Positions 39,976-43,944 of a stretch of 43,944 nucleotides of DNA are shown here, piece by piece. The DNA is taken from positions 1 to 43,944 of the forward strand of contig CAVVLL010000009.1 in assembly GCA_963749125.1 (NCBI GenBank). The letters are read 5' to 3'. The notes beneath the pieces are model-generated. The model was not told where the DNA came from, did no database searches, and saw only the letters and a list, made by a program, of their open reading frames with translations. How positions within the stretch are numbered: position 1 is the stretch's first letter; each line of letters starts with the position of its first letter. Position numbers and translations under genes: made by a program. The DNA is from an uncultured bacterium. GTDB taxonomy: Bacteria > 4484-113.

Positions 39976-40539
39976 ATGAAGATAATGACGGTATTCGGCA
40001 GCCCGCGTAAGCTGGGCAACACGGCGAAGGTCCTCGGGTGGGTTGAGGACGAGCTGCGCGCGATGGGACACGAAGTGGAGCACCTTGACCTGACCGACCA
40101 CCCCTTGAAGGGCTGCGCCGAGTGCTACCACTGCAAGGAAGACCCGCACACGCCGCACTGCGCCCATATTGACGAGGGCAATGCGATTTGGGATAGGCTG
40201 ATATGCTGCGACGGCTTCGTCTTCGCATCGCCGCTGTTTTGCTGGGGCTTCAGCTCGCAGCTCAAGGCGTTCGTTGACCGCATGTTTTGCCTGGTTACTC
40301 CGATGGCCGGGGGAAACTTCAGCCTCATTGAAGGCAAGCGCGCGGGAATGATAATCACCAGCGCCGGCCCGGTGGAAGGCAACGCCGACATCATGCGCAT
40401 TGTTTTCCAGCGCGCGATGAACTACGTGCAGTGCGAAAACAAATGCGATCTCATCGTCCCCGGTTGCGTCACGCCCGACGCCATCGGAGAAGACATGGAG
40501 CAACACGCGCGCGACTTCGCCCGCAAGCTGGTGCAGTAA
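39976..40539 (+). CDS. Flavodoxin-like fold protein with compact Cys cluster (iron-sulfur flavoprotein Isf / NADPH-dependent FMN reductase-like)
   Basis: MKIMTVFGSPRKLGNT (flavodoxin-like N-terminus). Cys motif CAECYHCKEDPHTPHC (CX2CX2CX8C). It is divergently transcribed from the ychF-like gene. Confidence 0.55.
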   Translation: MKIMTVFGSPRKLGNTAKVLGWVEDELRAMGHEVEHLDLTDHPLKGCAECYHCKEDPHTPHCAHIDEGNAIWDRLICCDGFVFASPLFCWGFSSQLKAFVDRMFCLVTPMAGGNFSLIEGKRAGMIITSAGPVEGNADIMRIVFQRAMNYVQCENKCDLIVPGCVTPDAIGEDMEQHARDFARKLVQ

Positions 40540-40615
40540 AGATACGCGCAGGTTGCCCAAGCGCAATCTTGTGTTAGAATGTAGAAGGCGCTGCTTCGTG
40601 CGCCTGATGTTTCAT

Positions 40616-40689
40616 CGGGGCGTGGCTCAGCACGGTAGAGCGCTGCGTTCGGGACGCAGAGGTCGGCAGTTCAAATCTGCCCGCCCCGA
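40616..40689 (+). tRNA. tRNA-Pro (anticodon CGG), CCA not encoded
   Basis: Cloverleaf read directly: acceptor CGGGGCG/CGCCCCG, D-arm GCTC-AGCACGGTA-GAGC, anticodon stem CTGCG/CGCAG with loop TTCGGGA (anticodon CGG), T-arm GGCAG-TTCAAAT-CTGCC, discriminator A. 74 nt. Confidence 0.9.
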
Positions 40690-40804
40690 TATTCCCCTCC
40701 ACCTAGTCCATAAGCAAACCCCATAGCCAGAGCAATTCGCATAGCTATTTGCGCATTCTACCAGTTACGCGCAGCCTTTCATGCGGATAGAGTTTTAGCA
40801 TCCT

Positions 40805-41230
40805 ATGGGCAAAGCCGCCAAAAAGCCGATGATACTGTTCGTTGACAGCGACGAGCGCTCGCTGGCTTTCTACCGCGCGCTTGCCACCGACGAGGGCTTT
40901 GACTATGCGACCGCTGACAGCGCCGAAAGCGCCATGGAAGTCCTCAAGGGCAACCGCCCCGACTTCATAATCCTTGACCTGCACCTAAGCGGCATCAACG
41001 GCCTGGAGTTTTGCGTCAGGCTCAAAAATGCCAGCCTGACCAAGGGCATCCCCATCGGCATAATCCTCAGCCGCCCCGAAGACCGGCTGCAAATTGGCAG
41101 CCTTTCCTCAAGCGCCGATGAGCTTTTCTGCAAGCCCCTCTCGGCTGTGGAAATGAAGCTTCGCCTCAAGAACATGCTGGATATAGATAACCTGCCGCCG
41201 CATGCAGCTACGCGCATAGCATCTGTGTAA
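40805..41230 (+). CDS. Stand-alone response-regulator receiver domain (CheY-like)
   Basis: Acidic pocket FVDSDE, phospho-acceptor IILDLHLSG, conserved Lys in FCKPL. 141 aa with no output domain. Confidence 0.7.
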   Translation: MGKAAKKPMILFVDSDERSLAFYRALATDEGFDYATADSAESAMEVLKGNRPDFIILDLHLSGINGLEFCVRLKNASLTKGIPIGIILSRPEDRLQIGSLSSSADELFCKPLSAVEMKLRLKNMLDIDNLPPHAATRIASV

Positions 41231-41275
41231 CGATAATCGGCTTCTCGCCACACTTCTCACTTACCCCCCACGCCC

Positions 41276-42337
41276 CTAGTAGGTCGTGTGTGCGCTTGTG
41301 ACGGCTTCGTCGTCGGAGGAGGGGTTGGCGGCTTTCGCGAGGTTTAGCTCAATATCCAGGCCTTCCTGCTTGAATCGCAGGTCAAAATACAACAGCGCGG
41401 CCACGATGTATTCAAACGGCATCGCGATGACAGTGCCCAGCACGCGCAGCGATATCCCGGCCGCGGTTATCCAAATCGGCGGCTTCCAAAAGCTCAGGCT
41501 CAGGAAGCTTATTTCCCCTTTCTCCGTCCAAAGCCCGATGAGCATGAGCAGCCATTCCAGCGGCGTGATGAGCACGTAGCGCGCAAGCGACATGAGTATC
41601 CAGGTCACAACCATCACGCCGAGAACGTAGCCGAATGAATATCGCGTGAGGCGGAAGGTGTGCACAAGGCGGCTTTTCGCCTTGCCGTAAGTCGTGCCTT
41701 CGGGCCGGTCAAATGCGATGACCGCCGAGAGGGGAGTGATGCGGATGATGAGGTATATCGCAGCCAGCGATACGAATATGAGCATAATCCCCGACGACGC
41801 CATCGCGCCGTATTCCATCCCCGGTATCATCACGAGCATCATGAGCATCGCCGGCAGAAGGTATAGCGAAATGATGATGGCGCCGAACAGCGCGTAGGTG
41901 CCCTGTATCATCCACCAATTGCGGCTCACGTAAGCAATGCACTCCCCCATCCGCGCAGGCTTGCCCATGAGCATGAGCCCGGCCATGCGCGCAGGCACGA
42001 TGAGCATGTAGGGGAAGATGAGCACGGAATATACGAGCATGCCCACGCCCCAAAGAATCATGCCCGTGTAGTCGGTGATGGGCGGCGGGGTGAACTCGCC
42101 GGTGCCCCAGGTGATGCTTTGCGCCCAATTGATGAGGTAAGAGTAGCGCAGGAGCAAGGCGACCATCGGAAGCTCAAGGAGGATGTAGAAGAACATGAGC
42201 GCGCCGAAATTTTGCTTGTAGATGTTGAACGACCCGGCGATTATCCTGCCAAGGTCAAGGCGCTCATAGCGCACGTCCTTCGCCGCCCGCGCCGCCTGGG
42301 CCTCCAAGTCTCCGGTAAATCCCTGTTGCGTCTCCAT
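41276..42337 (-). CDS. Polytopic inner-membrane protein of unknown function
   Basis: 353 aa with about 7-8 hydrophobic helices. No motif was recognised. Confidence 0.45.
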   Translation of the reverse strand: METQQGFTGDLEAQAARAAKDVRYERLDLGRIIAGSFNIYKQNFGALMFFYILLELPMVALLLRYSYLINWAQSITWGTGEFTPPPITDYTGMILWGVGMLVYSVLIFPYMLIVPARMAGLMLMGKPARMGECIAYVSRNWWMIQGTYALFGAIIISLYLLPAMLMMLVMIPGMEYGAMASSGIMLIFVSLAAIYLIIRITPLSAVIAFDRPEGTTYGKAKSRLVHTFRLTRYSFGYVLGVMVVTWILMSLARYVLITPLEWLLMLIGLWTEKGEISFLSLSFWKPPIWITAAGISLRVLGTVIAMPFEYIVAALLYFDLRFKQEGLDIELNLAKAANPSSDDEAVTSAHTTY

Positions 42338-42399
42338 CCGCGCCCCGCCAGTTTAGCATATGGCAGGCTATACCGCGCGTCTGCTAAACTAACGCCGAC

Positions 42400-43110
42400 A
42401 TGAGACCCAGCAAGCGCGACCCGGCGTTTTACGTGCTTCCCGCGCTCTTCATCATAAGCGCGGTAATCGTGCTTGCGGTGTACGGCCTCTACTCCTCTTA
42501 TAGAAAGCACACACTCGATGTGCGCGATCCGGAGTTCGGCGACAGCGGTTATAAAGGCAAGCCCGTCTATATTGAAAGAAAGAAGTTCGGGCAACTGCTG
42601 CTGAAAGTCATAGATGAAGACTTCGGAACCGGCGTGGCGTATTTTTCGCCCACCCTCGCCGCCGAGAGCGTCATCGGAGTACCTGAAGCCTACGAGGAAC
42701 AGAAGGGCGGTCGGACCGTCTATTCATATTTCTACGACGACAAGCCGCATACCGATAGTTTCAAGGATTTCACCGGAAATGGCTTCCGCGAACTCATGAG
42801 CGGCGCTAACCTGACGTTCGTATATAGAGGGAATAAGCTCCTGGGAAGGTATTTTCAGGCATCGCCGTTCACTAATGCGTATGGAAAGTGGACGTTCGTG
42901 AAGTTTCGTGGAAAGCCTTTGACCGAAATGAAGCGCGAAGACCTTACCTCCCTGCTAGGAGAGCCGACCGAATTGACTGACGTAGTTGCGGTCTGGTATT
43001 ATAGACCAACTCCACCCAAGCCTGACAATCCCATCCAGGCGCTCTATGTGCACGCAATCTTTCTCAACACCAAGCTCACCCTTACCGAACTCTACATCTC
43101 TCTCGATTAG
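42400..43110 (+). CDS. Membrane-anchored hypothetical protein (tandem paralog A)
   Basis: Single N-terminal TM helix (FYVLPALFIISAVIVLAVYGLY) followed by a soluble domain. It shares LLGEPT... and L(T/S)EL(Y/F)I blocks with the downstream ORF. Confidence 0.45.
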   Translation: MRPSKRDPAFYVLPALFIISAVIVLAVYGLYSSYRKHTLDVRDPEFGDSGYKGKPVYIERKKFGQLLLKVIDEDFGTGVAYFSPTLAAESVIGVPEAYEEQKGGRTVYSYFYDDKPHTDSFKDFTGNGFRELMSGANLTFVYRGNKLLGRYFQASPFTNAYGKWTFVKFRGKPLTEMKREDLTSLLGEPTELTDVVAVWYYRPTPPKPDNPIQALYVHAIFLNTKLTLTELYISLD

Positions 43111-43157
43111 CCGTCGGCGAAATGTGATTTCCGCGCTTCTGCTAAACTATCCATCGA

Positions 43158-43886
43158 ATGAAACGGCAAGGGGCCGACCCAATTCTTTACGTGTTCGCGG
43201 GGCTCATCGTGCTGGCCCTGCTTTCCGCATACGCTGCGTTCGCGGGGCGCTCGTGCGCCAAGGCGGTGATGGAAGCTTCGCGCGACCCCGGCGAGCAGCC
43301 TTACAGCGAATCCCATGCGTTCAAGAGCGCTGCGGTTGAAGTTCCGCCCAAGGATTACGAGGCGTTCATGCGCGCGGCAAAGAGCATTGACCTCGGCATC
43401 GGCGTGAGCGTGGGGATGGCGAAGGATGAGCTCATTAAGCGCCTTGGCGAAGCAGAAAGCGTCTCGCGTGTTGAAGGCGGGAAGCAGGCGCTTTCGTTCA
43501 TGTTCCCCCCCGCAGCAAAGGGCCCGCGCCCCGACGACCGGCATGTGGGCGGCCTCTTTGGCGCAGTGCGCATGGCGGTGCTCATGGTAACGATGCGCGA
43601 CGATGTCGCCGAGGAAGTCCTGTTCACCATCTCGCCGCTGAGCAAGGAAGGCGACGATTGGAAGTTCATCACGCTTGGCAGCAAGCCCATTGCGCAGTGC
43701 CAGCCCGACGACTTGAAGGCGTTGCTTGGCGAGCCGACGCATTCGTATGCCGGCACGCTGGCTTGGCACTTTGCGCCCGACGATGCGCCGGTGGGGTCGG
43801 TGGCTTCCATATACATCCAGGCCTTATTCGACCGCACCGGCGAGAAGCTAAGCGAGCTGTTTATCATCAAGGAAAACGGCCTGTAG
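43158..43886 (+). CDS. Membrane-anchored hypothetical protein (tandem paralog B)
   Basis: N-terminal TM helix (ILYVFAGLIVLALLSAYAAFAG). The C-terminal blocks LLGEPTHSYAG and LSELFIIKENGL parallel paralog A. Confidence 0.45.
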   Translation: MKRQGADPILYVFAGLIVLALLSAYAAFAGRSCAKAVMEASRDPGEQPYSESHAFKSAAVEVPPKDYEAFMRAAKSIDLGIGVSVGMAKDELIKRLGEAESVSRVEGGKQALSFMFPPAAKGPRPDDRHVGGLFGAVRMAVLMVTMRDDVAEEVLFTISPLSKEGDDWKFITLGSKPIAQCQPDDLKALLGEPTHSYAGTLAWHFAPDDAPVGSVASIYIQALFDRTGEKLSELFIIKENGL

Positions 43887-43944
43887 GAGCGATGCGTGAT
43901 GTGCGCCGCAGCCTTTCGGGCGCGGCATAGAGGAAGCGGAGAGA

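Noticed and set aside
1-43944. CRISPR arrays, rRNA genes, integrase/recombinase genes, reverse transcriptase/retron/DGR, toxin-antitoxin pairs
   Set aside because: No short regularly spaced direct repeats, no rRNA-like conserved blocks, and no ORF with R..H..R..Y recombinase or YxDD reverse-transcriptase motifs were seen in any frame.

Overview
This 43.9-kb window is a GC-rich (about 60-65% GC by eye) bacterial chromosomal segment that starts in core genes and runs into an accessory region.

The first 19.5 kb is mostly housekeeping. It holds a type-2 (Thermus-like) isoleucyl-tRNA synthetase, a glutaminyl-cyclase-like M28 protein and an amidohydrolase. It also holds a TlpA-like redoxin upstream of a beta-barrel outer-membrane protein gene (likely one operon), EPSP synthase (aroA) and an AlkD-like DNA alkylation repair protein. 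The remaining genes there are an OmpR-type response regulator, wecB, nadC and coaX, a low-GC TPR gene, a flotillin/NfeD pair and an endonuclease/exonuclease/phosphatase (EEP) family protein.

From about 19.6 kb the content becomes accessory:
- Two tandem paralogous roughly 950-aa lipoproteins, each with an N-proximal dockerin-like module and an HExxH zinc-peptidase-like domain.
- A MATE efflux pump, followed by a frameshifted IS110-family transposase and a frameshifted type-II GAPDH-like gene.
- An approximately 8.8-kb block (30.05-38.85 kb) bracketed by about 176-bp direct repeats (about 90% identical) of the 3' end of a ychF-like GTPase gene.
- Inside that block: a low-GC dockerin-like lipoprotein and two tandem giant lipoproteins built from FN3, about six PKD domains and a BNR/Asp-box beta-propeller. 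One copy has lost its propeller to indels or stops. The other copy carries about 10 frameshifts in its N-terminal two-thirds but keeps an intact propeller.

Downstream of the block lie the intact ychF-like gene, an Isf-like iron-sulfur flavoprotein, tRNA-Pro(CGG), a stand-alone receiver domain, a polytopic membrane protein and two tandem paralogous membrane-anchored proteins that share an upstream motif.

A second, smaller repeat (about 70 bp) copies the 3' end of aroA and flanks a roughly 440-bp low-GC non-coding patch. Stop codons in this window are strongly biased toward TAG and TAA (TGA about 3 of 32), which is unusual at this GC content. No CRISPR array, rRNA, integrase or reverse transcriptase was seen.
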